A DNA stretch of 30,815 bases from a virus (taxonomy: Duplodnaviria; Caudoviricetes): positions 1 to 30,815 of the IMG/VR virus record IMGVR_UViG_3300027627_000017; one strand, written 5' to 3'. The position numbers and the translations under genes were made by a program. Below the pieces are notes generated by a model that saw nothing but the letters and a program-made list of their open reading frames with translations, was not told the origin of the DNA and ran no database searches. Positions 1 through 9,567 of the stretch are shown here, piece by piece. Each line of letters starts with the position of its first letter. Positions within the stretch are counted from its first letter, which is position 1.

Positions 1-1
1 C

Positions 2-415
2 CCAAGTAACATAATCTGTTTGCGTCAGGGCGGGCGGCACATTCGGGGAACCTAATATGTACTCAGTCCCAACCAGTCTAACCTGCCGCACAGTTTGAGC
101 CGACCAACTTGCCCGCAGCACAATTAAGTCTGTGCGTTCCATGCCGGCCCCCACGGCGGGCAGCGCATGATTTATCGTTGCCGTGCTGGTGTACCAAATT
201 CCGCGCACAAGCGCAGCACCGCTCAATATGTTCACGCCATTAGCCCGCAATCCGGTCGTCGTTCCGGCAAGTTGATTCGAATACTTGACCGCAATGCCAG
301 CGTCTGCGCTGCCATTGGAAACCAATGTGTGAAAGGGGTGATTGTATTGGTCAAACGAATACGGGCCACAATCCCCAATCGTTTGCCCGCCCCAAAATTG
401 TGATACTTGTGCCAT
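2..415 (-). CDS. Tail/baseplate or tail-fibre N-terminal protein (BppU-like shoulder domain), truncated by the window edge
   Basis: Not in the ORF track; translated by hand from the ATG at 415: MAQVSQFWGGQTIGDCGPY...GAALVRGIWY...RTDLIVLRASWSAQTVRQVRLVGT...PPALTQTDYVTW, open to the edge. The RxDxIVLR...GT...PPxLTQ pattern is typical of siphophage upper-baseplate/fibre N-termini. It directly follows the Dit-like gene. Confidence 0.65.
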   Translation of the reverse strand, partial: MAQVSQFWGGQTIGDCGPYSFDQYNHPFHTLVSNGSADAGIAVKYSNQLAGTTTGLRANGVNILSGAALVRGIWYTSTATINHALPAVGAGMERTDLIVLRASWSAQTVRQVRLVGTEYILGSPNVPPALTQTDYVTW

Positions 416-418
416 TAT

Positions 419-2011
419 TTATATTCCGATATACCGTGTAAACCAAGAAAAAACTAGGTTGCTATTTTCATTCAAATTTGTGCCCGTAACCATCATAAGA
501 TTAACTCCATCCGCCAAGGCAGTTGTTACAGAAGCATCTGGGGTAAGATGAAATGTTGCCAAATCACTGTCTGTAGATAGAGAACCAATAAGGTTAACTC
601 CCAAATTATTTACAACACTTTTTACTCCGTAAGCCAAATCGAACGTGATAGTTTCTCCGCCGTCTATAGTATAACCAAAATCAAGCGTTTCAAGTGTGGC
701 GAGATTAGTGATTGTGAAATTATCCCACGGGCCAGTTACTTCAATTGTGGGAAATGAGTTCCAGGTTCCGGTATAAATAATAGTGAAACTTTCCGACAAA
801 GTGGCTGACCCAAAGGTAATCCCGAGCGCATTTGGGTTTTGCGCAATTTGAGCTGCAGCAGTAATCACAAGCACCGTTCCGCTGGTGTGAATTGCGGCTA
901 TACTCGAATCGTACCCCCTTGTTACTGTAGCCTGTGTGGAACTTACAACCGCCGTAACCAGCATTTTCTCCGTTCCACAATACAGCACATCCCCAACGGC
1001 CGCCCCGCCCGTAAGCCCAAGCATAGAAGCGTAATCAACTGTCGTGGATATTGCAGACATAGTTGTTGAAAGTGTCGTGTAAAAATCAAACACAACTCTC
1101 CACGGTTCGTAAGTGCTGGCCGTAATCGCAAAGTTTGCAACCGTAGTCGTGTCCTTTGTTACCGCAATCAAATCCGCCAGCGTATGCGCCGCTGCAACTG
1201 TGCCGCACGAAGCGCGGGTCACAGTCAAAGTCCCTGTGTTATCCGTTGTTATTGTTACGGCAGTTACCGTAATTTTTTCGGTGCCGATAATAAGAATGTC
1301 ACCAACCACAATTGCGGTTGTGGTGGCGGTCAGGCGCGACGCACTGTTGTTTGGGGTTCCGTAATCGTAATAGGCAATTGATAAATCCCCAATCAAAACA
1401 TTTGCCGTGCAATAGCCCCACCCTTTGATTGTTTTCGGGAATGCCAGCTCTGTTGTGGCAGCCAGCACGATTACTTCGGTGTTCAGGGTTGGCTCGTAAA
1501 ATGTCGGGTCTGGCGCCACAAATGTCATGTTATTGTTGGCGCTAAACAAATCCCAGCTAGATGTATCAAAATCAAAAGCAGCTCCGGCTGAAAGCAATAC
1601 ATCAATACAACGCCGGCCACCATCCGGCAATATTTTCATGAGTTTTCCCTGAAACAAAGCTCCAGCCAGAGGTTGCTTGTTTACGCGAAACAAGTTTAGG
1701 AAATCCGCTCGGTCATTCCAGTAATCTTGGCGGTTCGGGGAATTAAACCTGATTTCCATATCTATGTTGCGCGGCAACAGTCTGTAATCAAGAATAGTCT
1801 TGCCGTGTTGAAACGGCCCCGTTTGTTCAATGTATTTAATTTCCGGCATTCCATATCCGGAGCTGGACATAATTGCGCGTACCGAGTAATCCTGCAACAG
1901 ATACATGCTGCTATAAGACACTTTTCCGGTAATTGCGTTTATTGTGTTTACAGAGTTTGGCGGTATGTAGTAGTCAAACTCTAGTTGTGATGAATAATTT
2001 CTACTTCGCAT
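419..2011 (-). CDS. Distal tail (Dit-like) protein with an inserted Thr-rich repeated domain
   Basis: Lies immediately after the tape measure gene. N-terminal part GMPEIKY...GPFQHG...PRNIDM...FVAPDPTFY and C-terminal part YTGTWNSFPTIEVTGP...ITN...GVNLM...RYIGI match the siphovirus tail-component pattern. The central insert has two VGD(I/V)LxxGTEKxxVTAV...TVTR...AAxHT repeats. Confidence 0.7.
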   Translation of the reverse strand: MRSRNYSSQLEFDYYIPPNSVNTINAITGKVSYSSMYLLQDYSVRAIMSSSGYGMPEIKYIEQTGPFQHGKTILDYRLLPRNIDMEIRFNSPNRQDYWNDRADFLNLFRVNKQPLAGALFQGKLMKILPDGGRRCIDVLLSAGAAFDFDTSSWDLFSANNNMTFVAPDPTFYEPTLNTEVIVLAATTELAFPKTIKGWGYCTANVLIGDLSIAYYDYGTPNNSASRLTATTTAIVVGDILIIGTEKITVTAVTITTDNTGTLTVTRASCGTVAAAHTLADLIAVTKDTTTVANFAITASTYEPWRVVFDFYTTLSTTMSAISTTVDYASMLGLTGGAAVGDVLYCGTEKMLVTAVVSSTQATVTRGYDSSIAAIHTSGTVLVITAAAQIAQNPNALGITFGSATLSESFTIIYTGTWNSFPTIEVTGPWDNFTITNLATLETLDFGYTIDGGETITFDLAYGVKSVVNNLGVNLIGSLSTDSDLATFHLTPDASVTTALADGVNLMMVTGTNLNENSNLVFSWFTRYIGI

Positions 2012-2022
2012 AATACATAAAT

Positions 2023-5000
2023 TTATCCGGTTGAATAAGTTTGTGTCGGTGCCGCAGCAGCCCCACCTGCTGCTAACGTGCGGGCGGCTAAAAGAGAGGC
2101 ACTTGTAGTATAAATTGTGTTTTGAATATTAGTTAGTCTGGTTGCTAAACCGGTTTCAGCTCGATTACTCTCTTGCATATATTGGTCGCGCGTCTGAGGC
2201 GGAGCTACTACTCGTGGCTTAGGATTGGCAACCGGACCATACTGGGGAGAAAATTTCGCATCAGTAAATGGGTCTACCAGAGGCGTGTTCGCTAGAGTGA
2301 ACAGACTCTTATTAAAGCCCGCTGTTATCTTAGCTTCTTCTGTCAAATATTCTCTATATTTCTTTTCTAATGCCGCTACTTCTGCTGGGGTTTTTCCCTT
2401 AAGTTGTTCTTTATATTTCGCTTCCGTCTCTGCCATTCTTGCTTCTTGTTCTGTTTTTCCAGTAGATTCGGCTCTGTCAGCCGCTGCCAAACTTGCATCT
2501 GACCCTAAAGAGAGAACATTTCCAAGTTCTATAAGATACTTATCTGATACCGGGTCTATGGCTTTTCCTACGTATGTGCTATTCAATCCTCGGTCGCCAA
2601 ATAGAGTTTTCATTCCAACCGTGTTGCTTACATGGTCTTTATAAAGCTTCAAAATGTCTGTATGCCACGCTGCTTTCTCTGCGGCTTGCTTTCCTGCAAA
2701 TTCCGGCGATGCGTCTACTGCTCTAGCGAGAGGCTGCGCAGTGAAGTACGCCCCCATAAGTCCAACCGCATACGGCAAAGCAGCGAGAGCTGCCCCACTT
2801 GCTCCTCCAGTTACCGGTATTGCTGCTACCAGCGCCCCTGCTGCCGCCACTGTTAAGGCTGACGCAGCACCTATAGCGAGAGATTTCATGAACGGCGCGA
2901 AAAATTCGATATCCGGTTTCTTATACAAGCCTTCCCCTTGTGTTGTAGCAGTTTCCAACTGCTCCATAATTGCATTATTTGACTTTTCCCAGGTTTCAAA
3001 AGGTGTTTCTCCTTCGTCACTTCCCCCAACCTGATACCTTGTGTTAGCCATAATTTTTAAAATTCCGGCTTTATTGTTAGCTGCTATTCTTAAAAAGACA
3101 TTCGCAGCTGACTTTCCCAACCATTCAAACCACGAACCTACCCATTGGATTGCGCCTCCCAATACCACAATCATGTCAGTAATATACCCAAATATTCCGC
3201 CACTTTCACCTAGGACTAACGATGAGTTATACCAACTCTCAGCAAAACTTTCGCCTTCATGCGTAGCTTCCCACAAACTAGCTGCTAACATACCCATATA
3301 CTTAAGGACTTCTATAACTACCCAAATAAAACCGCCCAATAATTTGACAATCAATGAAAAAATCTTAAATAAGACAACAGCTATTGTAATAACAGCCAGA
3401 ATTTTTAGGAATAGCACGCCACCAAAAATGACAGCTAAAATAAGAAGTACTGGAATAAGAACTGGTGAAACAAAATTCCAAAAATCTATAAATGTATTTA
3501 GTAACCAAGTAACAGCAAGTACTAAGTTATTAAAAGCACCAGCTATATCTTCGAAAGCGCTCTTCAGTATGTTTTCCCAAAGCCATACAATTGCCATCCA
3601 CAGAGCGCTGCCAAGTATTTGCAGCGCTCCCCAAAAAGCTTTAATAACTGGGAAAATAACATCAGTCCAAAGGTTATAAAGACTATCCGCAAACGCCCAG
3701 AAGTTATCTGTCATCCCCTCAAAGTTTGTGTAAAAACCCCACCCTACAGCAACAACAGCCCCTAATATTAATAAGATTAGCGCAACTATCCAACCACCGC
3801 TCGCCGCCATTGCCTGGGAAAAGCTCGTCCATATTTGAGTAAAAGTTGATACCTGAGTACCAATATTCCCAAATATTCCACCTATGTATGTATTGACAAT
3901 TGAGCCTATCGATTCAGTAATAAGAGTTTTAATGGGAGCAAAAACGGATGTTAAAAATCCGATAGCAGATGTTATATTTGTGGTAAAACCGTTCACAAGA
4001 TTTACCGCCCATGTGCCTCCAAGTCTTGTCCACAGCGTTCCCATTGCGGCACTCGGAGATACAAGAAATCGCCCAAACCACGCCCCAAATCTTCCGGAAA
4101 AATTTCCTAGGCCCACCATCATTCCCCCAATCCATTTTGTTGAAGCAGCCAATCCGGATGCCGTCCAGAATTTACCTATACTTACCCAAAGATAACTTCC
4201 TATTGTAAAAATTGAGAGTGCCGCAGTAAGACTTAGGGCAGTTGGAAACCAAGCATCCCTATGTGTGTACAGATAATCAATCGCCTTCTTTGTATTCGTA
4301 TACGCTTCTTCAGCAAATTTCGCCCAAGTTTTGAATTTTTCACCGACTAACTCAATGAAACCTACAATTGCCTTTGCCATTTCTGGGGTAACTTGCAAAC
4401 CCTCTCCAACCGCTTTTACTTGGGCATCCATGTCTGGGCGTGGTTCGTCGCCTTGGCCAAACCCTACTTTGAAAGCATCTGCCATTGCTTTCGGAACTTC
4501 TTTCTCAAAGAAAGTTTTGATACGGCTTATTGCATTTTCGAGTACAGATACGATATTAGAAGTAAACTCAATCACCCCTTCAAATTTCTTGGTTCCAAAA
4601 TAAGTTTCCAGTCTTTTCATCGCGTCTTCGTATTCTTTCTCAAATCCACTTTTGCCTTCGGATTTGTAGTTCCAAACAGTCTTTATTGCATTAAAAATAT
4701 CTTTTTCAAAAAAGTCTACAATCTTTGTCTTCAACAATGTAAAATATCCGAGGATTGTGTTTGAAATTTCCTCCGATTTTGTTGAAAGTTTCCCCTTGAT
4801 GATGTCCCATTGTTCGGGAAGCCATTTTGTAAATTCTCCCCATTTCGTTGTAAACCACGCCAGATTATCAGCCAGGTTTTTCACAACTTCTTTTGCTTTT
4901 GTTTCTGTAACCCCGTACGCCAGTTGCACATCAAGCAACGCATCTTTCCAGTCATAAATACCACCGCTCATTTTCCCTTCCTTGTTGGTGCTGGTGCTGG

Positions 5001-7839
5001 CAGGGGTGGTAAGTTTCTTGAATATGTCTTGTACTGTTGTTACCCACTTGTCAATTGATTCCGTACTGGGCAACCATGACATTACCTTGGCTTTCCATGT
5101 CGTAAAATAATAATCAATCCATGTTCCCAAGTTAGTCAGCCGAGTTTGCATTTCTGCTGGTGTCGGAACTATTGCTTTTATTTTGTCACTTATCGCAGTA
5201 ACAATTGTGCCTAACGTGGTCTTAAGACCGCTAAAACTTTTGGAGTACTCAGGCCCAAATGTAAACAGGTTTTTGAATTTTGTTTTTACAGTTGCCACCC
5301 ATGTATTCAAGATTGGCTTCATGTCGTCTATCCAAGTCTTGAAGCCCCCAAAATTTATTTCATACGCTTTCGAAAGACCGCCAACAATTGTCAGCAATAA
5401 CCCAAACGGCGTAAGTAGAAAACCAAGCCCCAACAATACTCGTCCAATTACTTTAGCAATTGCTCCGTACCCGGCAACAATGGCAAACAACCGGGCAACA
5501 TTGGTAACAAAAATAATAATGAAATCTATGTTGTTTGCAATAAATGTAACTATGCTCGCCAGCGCAGTTAGTATTTTTTCTGAAAAAAATTCTTTTAGTT
5601 GCGTAAAAAGAGATTTGCCCGTGGGGTTTGTTGCGCCTTCCCAGGCTTTTCTAATTTTGTCAAAGATAACAATTAAACCGTCAAAAATAACAATCAGCGG
5701 GTCGCCTTCTTCACGGGTATCTCTTAGTGTGTCGCGAAATGCTTTCAACCAAGGCACGGATGCTCCCGCTTCTTTGGTGAGGTCAGCTATTGCTTGCGAA
5801 GCTAAGAGATTAGCTTCCTGAGTTTTCACGAAATCTGCATGAGACGCAATGTAAAGCTTGGCGTTTGCTTCCAGAGTAAGCATTTCCGCTGCTTGTTCCC
5901 TGTACATGGGCGTGGCTGTTCTGCCTGCAGCCTCCAAATCTTTTTGGCTTTTGGCGAGGTCTCGGTAACGCTCGCTCAAGGCCGCACCGCTCGCAGCCGT
6001 TTTCTGTTGCCAAGCTGAGCGGTCTTGAGAATCTTTGGTGCCGTTCTTGATTGCTACGCCAAGGTCATTTAATGTGTTTCTGTATTCTATATTTTGTGCA
6101 TTGAGTGCGCCAATCGCATCTTTCTGTTCCCAATACATGCCCGCTTCGCCCTCCATGTTTCGTTTTCCTTTTTCCCCGTTTAGCCAGATATTCTCCCCTA
6201 ATTTTTTTTCTATGCCGTTCAAATAACTTAGTTGGGATGCGGTTTCCGCAAGACCTGTAGTGTAAAGTGTTTGTAAAGCTGTTTGCTTCTTTGTATCATC
6301 GGTTAATTTTGCGTTTATTTGCCCCAAGTAAGTCAGATTGTTCATGTATTCTTGACTGTATTGAGTTCCACCTTCCATTGCTCCAGTCATTTGTGTGTCA
6401 TACTTGGTTTGTTGCTTCTCAAGACCCGCTTGTTTTTCTGTCGCTAAGTTTATTTTAATTTTTATAGGGTTAGATATTCTTCCCACAAAATCTGTAAAAA
6501 ATGTCATGAAATCGGTAATGTAACCCGCCACAGTAGCAAAGGTATCTTTGAATAACAATCCAAATTCGTCGCCAAAAACTTTGACAGTTTGCAGCATGCC
6601 TCCTTTAGTAAACGGGTGAACAATTGCTGCCATAATCGGCTTGAATGCTTCCAGTATTCCGGTAAATAAGTTTACTGTTGCCATTTCCTTAATATCGCCT
6701 ATGGCATTTTTCAAACCCCGAAAGCTGTCATTGATATTATTAAAGGCTGTATCGTAAGTGGTTTCCAAGAACTTGCTTAGATTTGCCGTAAATTCCGTAA
6801 AATGTATGTTCCCTTTGCCAACTTCGTCGCCAAATTTTTCAACCCCCATCCCCATTGACGCAGCCATGTCCTGCACCGACAAACCAGCTTGGTTCATCTG
6901 GCGCACTTGGCGCATCATTACTTTCCCCATCGATTTTGTCTGGCCAATTGCGTAAGTAATTCGATTGATATGAGATTCGGTTCGTCCGGAAACGGTGGCA
7001 AATTTTGTTAACCCTGTTACCAACCCTTCTGTTTCAACCAAGGTCATTCCAAATGCTTTGCCCTGCTCGACAGCAGTCATAATTCCTTTGCGGTTAAACG
7101 GAGAAATAAGAGCTAGTCTTGTCATTCTGTCAATCATTTCAGATGCTGGTTTTTTCGCTTCTATCAACGCCTCATCCATGTTTTTTACGGTGGAAACCTG
7201 CTTTTCGGTTGTATATGTATAGGGTGTGCCTTCAATCCCAGCCAATGCATCCATTTTTTCCCCTAACTTTTGATATTTATTAGTTAGTTCTTCAACAGTT
7301 GCTTGTTGCCCAAGATATTGAGCGGTTTGGGTTTTGCCTTCATCCCCCATTTTGACAAGTTTTTCTTCTGCGCTTCTGACTGATGCGCCCATTTGGTCAT
7401 AATCCCATTTTACTTGCTGCAATTCTTCCTGTTGCTGGGCGGTCATTGTCATGAAGCCTTCATGCGTTTCTTTTTGGGTTTTTCCTTGCATCAATTCAAT
7501 TGCTGTCATAGCAGTAATTGATTGCTGGTTTTTTTCAAATTCAGCCGTCAGATTAAATGCTGATTTGCCAGCATCCCACATTCCGCTTGTGACATTGCTG
7601 ATTACATTATAAAGACCAACTCCTAAAGCGGTGGAGAAGGCGGATGCTCCTGTAGTAGCTTTTCCAAAAAGTGAGCCAAAAGATTCGTTACTACCGTTGC
7701 CAAGCACTTCACTGAATGCTTTTACAGAGTCGTTGGCTTCCCCGAGAACCTTCATGAACTCGTCGCCGCCCTCAATCAAGAGCTTAACGCCAATATTTCT
7801 GGCTATTGCACCTCCAACTCCACCTGAACGTCTTGCCAT
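2023..7839 (-). CDS. Tape measure protein
   Basis: 1938 aa, largely helical/coiled-coil. Contains a tape-measure N-terminal domain (ALISPFNRKGIMTAVEQGKAFG...YAIGQTKSMGKV...RQMNQAG), W/F-periodic repeats and hydrophobic segments. It is followed by Dit. Confidence 0.92.
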   Translation of the reverse strand: MARRSGGVGGAIARNIGVKLLIEGGDEFMKVLGEANDSVKAFSEVLGNGSNESFGSLFGKATTGASAFSTALGVGLYNVISNVTSGMWDAGKSAFNLTAEFEKNQQSITAMTAIELMQGKTQKETHEGFMTMTAQQQEELQQVKWDYDQMGASVRSAEEKLVKMGDEGKTQTAQYLGQQATVEELTNKYQKLGEKMDALAGIEGTPYTYTTEKQVSTVKNMDEALIEAKKPASEMIDRMTRLALISPFNRKGIMTAVEQGKAFGMTLVETEGLVTGLTKFATVSGRTESHINRITYAIGQTKSMGKVMMRQVRQMNQAGLSVQDMAASMGMGVEKFGDEVGKGNIHFTEFTANLSKFLETTYDTAFNNINDSFRGLKNAIGDIKEMATVNLFTGILEAFKPIMAAIVHPFTKGGMLQTVKVFGDEFGLLFKDTFATVAGYITDFMTFFTDFVGRISNPIKIKINLATEKQAGLEKQQTKYDTQMTGAMEGGTQYSQEYMNNLTYLGQINAKLTDDTKKQTALQTLYTTGLAETASQLSYLNGIEKKLGENIWLNGEKGKRNMEGEAGMYWEQKDAIGALNAQNIEYRNTLNDLGVAIKNGTKDSQDRSAWQQKTAASGAALSERYRDLAKSQKDLEAAGRTATPMYREQAAEMLTLEANAKLYIASHADFVKTQEANLLASQAIADLTKEAGASVPWLKAFRDTLRDTREEGDPLIVIFDGLIVIFDKIRKAWEGATNPTGKSLFTQLKEFFSEKILTALASIVTFIANNIDFIIIFVTNVARLFAIVAGYGAIAKVIGRVLLGLGFLLTPFGLLLTIVGGLSKAYEINFGGFKTWIDDMKPILNTWVATVKTKFKNLFTFGPEYSKSFSGLKTTLGTIVTAISDKIKAIVPTPAEMQTRLTNLGTWIDYYFTTWKAKVMSWLPSTESIDKWVTTVQDIFKKLTTPASTSTNKEGKMSGGIYDWKDALLDVQLAYGVTETKAKEVVKNLADNLAWFTTKWGEFTKWLPEQWDIIKGKLSTKSEEISNTILGYFTLLKTKIVDFFEKDIFNAIKTVWNYKSEGKSGFEKEYEDAMKRLETYFGTKKFEGVIEFTSNIVSVLENAISRIKTFFEKEVPKAMADAFKVGFGQGDEPRPDMDAQVKAVGEGLQVTPEMAKAIVGFIELVGEKFKTWAKFAEEAYTNTKKAIDYLYTHRDAWFPTALSLTAALSIFTIGSYLWVSIGKFWTASGLAASTKWIGGMMVGLGNFSGRFGAWFGRFLVSPSAAMGTLWTRLGGTWAVNLVNGFTTNITSAIGFLTSVFAPIKTLITESIGSIVNTYIGGIFGNIGTQVSTFTQIWTSFSQAMAASGGWIVALILLILGAVVAVGWGFYTNFEGMTDNFWAFADSLYNLWTDVIFPVIKAFWGALQILGSALWMAIVWLWENILKSAFEDIAGAFNNLVLAVTWLLNTFIDFWNFVSPVLIPVLLILAVIFGGVLFLKILAVITIAVVLFKIFSLIVKLLGGFIWVVIEVLKYMGMLAASLWEATHEGESFAESWYNSSLVLGESGGIFGYITDMIVVLGGAIQWVGSWFEWLGKSAANVFLRIAANNKAGILKIMANTRYQVGGSDEGETPFETWEKSNNAIMEQLETATTQGEGLYKKPDIEFFAPFMKSLAIGAASALTVAAAGALVAAIPVTGGASGAALAALPYAVGLMGAYFTAQPLARAVDASPEFAGKQAAEKAAWHTDILKLYKDHVSNTVGMKTLFGDRGLNSTYVGKAIDPVSDKYLIELGNVLSLGSDASLAAADRAESTGKTEQEARMAETEAKYKEQLKGKTPAEVAALEKKYREYLTEEAKITAGFNKSLFTLANTPLVDPFTDAKFSPQYGPVANPKPRVVAPPQTRDQYMQESNRAETGLATRLTNIQNTIYTTSASLLAARTLAAGGAAAAPTQTYSTG

Positions 7840-9561
7840 TTATTTGTTTTCCCGCTCTGCCTTGTAACCAATGCGTCCGTTGGCCAAATAAACGGTTTTA
7901 GAAATAATATTCCTTAATTTTTCAGGCGAGATTGAAAAGAAATCTTGAACGCCGGAAAGTTCTTTTTTGGAATAGTAACTTTTTATTTCTTCTTCTTCTT
8001 CCCCATCTTCGTCGAATACGGCTCCTGTGTCTCCATCATTAGACGCGGTTACCTCAGTCGGAACTCCTTCGTCAGTCGGAACTCCTTCGTCAACCAAATC
8101 CCCTTCTTCAGCCGGAACTTCTTCTTCGGTCGGAACTCCTTCTTCGACCGGAGCTGCTTCATCAACTACAGCTCCTTCATCAGTTGGAGCTGCTTCATCG
8201 CCCGGCAGCGCAGCGGTGTCTGCGGGGGCGGGTTGTTCCATTGGCGGATAAGGGAAGGGCGCGTCAGCCCGTTCTTCATCGGAGTACGCTTCGGTCAACA
8301 TGCTGTCTTTGGGCAGAAAATCGCGCGGCAAGTCTTTGGAGTCGACCAGCATTTGCAATCCCTGTTGCGGTGTAATAATGCCGGCCTGAATTACGGTTGC
8401 AATATATCCGGCCCGCGCAGATGACACACCGATTGAAGCCTGCTCATCCCGGTAATCTTTTTCTATGAAGAAAAAATTGACGTACTCCGAAAACACAAAC
8501 TCATTTAGCATGTGCGTAAACGCCTGCCGCCACGCAACGGTTGCGCCCATGCCCTTGGACTTCTCATCCAGCACGCGGCTCTGGGTGGCAGTCCCAAATC
8601 CGCGCCCGGAAGATAAGGGCGCGATGTCTTGAATATCAAGCCCCAGCGCCCTTGCGTAAATCAAGTAAGCGTTTTGCCGTTCTTCTTCCGGCACAAAGCC
8701 ACTGGGGATTTCCGCCAACGGTACAGTAACCAGTTGCGGCGGCTGGTCGCCAGCAATTGTGGCAATTGCCGCACCCATGTAAGATTGCACGCCGCGCCTT
8801 GAAGCTTCACCTTGAGCTGATGCAAGTATGTCATCAACATGGCTCTTGAGAACGCCGCTCAAAAAATGAATAGCCAGCGGTTTGCGCCCGGCCACCTTTT
8901 CGCGCATAAACTGTTCAATTGCCGACAATTTATAAATTGTGTTGTAAGCCTTTTCGGCTGCGCAATGCCCGACTCCGTAATACATTTCCCGGTGGTCTGG
9001 CATATCTGACAGCATAAATACCTGGTGGTCGCGCAATTCGTGAATTGCACCCAGCCGGTCACGATACAGGACTGGGATATGCGGGTCGCCGGTGCGCGTA
9101 CAACGGTGCGGGTCTAAATGCATCAGCCCCAGCACGCGTGAACCGCTGGAACGGCTGGCCCGCACAATCTCGACAAACGCCCCGTTGCCGGTCAATAAGA
9201 ACGCCTGCATGTGTTTTGAGATAAAGTTAACCCAGCCGGCTCCGGCTTCAGACGCCATCAGCATGTCATGCCCTTTGCGGGCTCGCAGCCCAATCTCCCC
9301 CTTTACCTGCCACCCCAGCGCAGCCATTTTTGTTGTTGCCACGCCGACCGCAGACTGCCACATGTTTTCGTGATATACGGTGGCGGCCAGAAAATCATCC
9401 CGTTTTTGGGACCAGAAAGACGGCAGATTGGGCGGCAGCGCAAAAATGCTGCGCGAATCAATCGGCTGCAGAAAATAGTTAACCACCCCGGTTTTCGAAG
9501 CTTTGGTAACTTCATCAGCAGTTACCGACTTCTTCTTCATTTCGTTAATGTCTTGTAACAT
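7840..9561 (-). CDS. Portal protein with an acidic low-complexity C-terminal region
   Basis: Directly downstream of terL. FLLTGNGAFVEIVR...LMHLDP, YYGVG and AGIITPQQ motifs are typical of portals. The C-terminus has PTDEG/PTEEE repeats. Confidence 0.85.
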   Translation of the reverse strand: MLQDINEMKKKSVTADEVTKASKTGVVNYFLQPIDSRSIFALPPNLPSFWSQKRDDFLAATVYHENMWQSAVGVATTKMAALGWQVKGEIGLRARKGHDMLMASEAGAGWVNFISKHMQAFLLTGNGAFVEIVRASRSSGSRVLGLMHLDPHRCTRTGDPHIPVLYRDRLGAIHELRDHQVFMLSDMPDHREMYYGVGHCAAEKAYNTIYKLSAIEQFMREKVAGRKPLAIHFLSGVLKSHVDDILASAQGEASRRGVQSYMGAAIATIAGDQPPQLVTVPLAEIPSGFVPEEERQNAYLIYARALGLDIQDIAPLSSGRGFGTATQSRVLDEKSKGMGATVAWRQAFTHMLNEFVFSEYVNFFFIEKDYRDEQASIGVSSARAGYIATVIQAGIITPQQGLQMLVDSKDLPRDFLPKDSMLTEAYSDEERADAPFPYPPMEQPAPADTAALPGDEAAPTDEGAVVDEAAPVEEGVPTEEEVPAEEGDLVDEGVPTDEGVPTEVTASNDGDTGAVFDEDGEEEEEIKSYYSKKELSGVQDFFSISPEKLRNIISKTVYLANGRIGYKAERENK

Positions 9562-9567
9562 TGTTGT

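Noticed and set aside
2225-7867. Many plus-strand ORFs of 60-212 aa opposite the tape measure gene, and similar ones opposite the portal, GT, capsid and scaffold genes
   Set aside because: Antisense shadows of long real genes, with no independent motifs.
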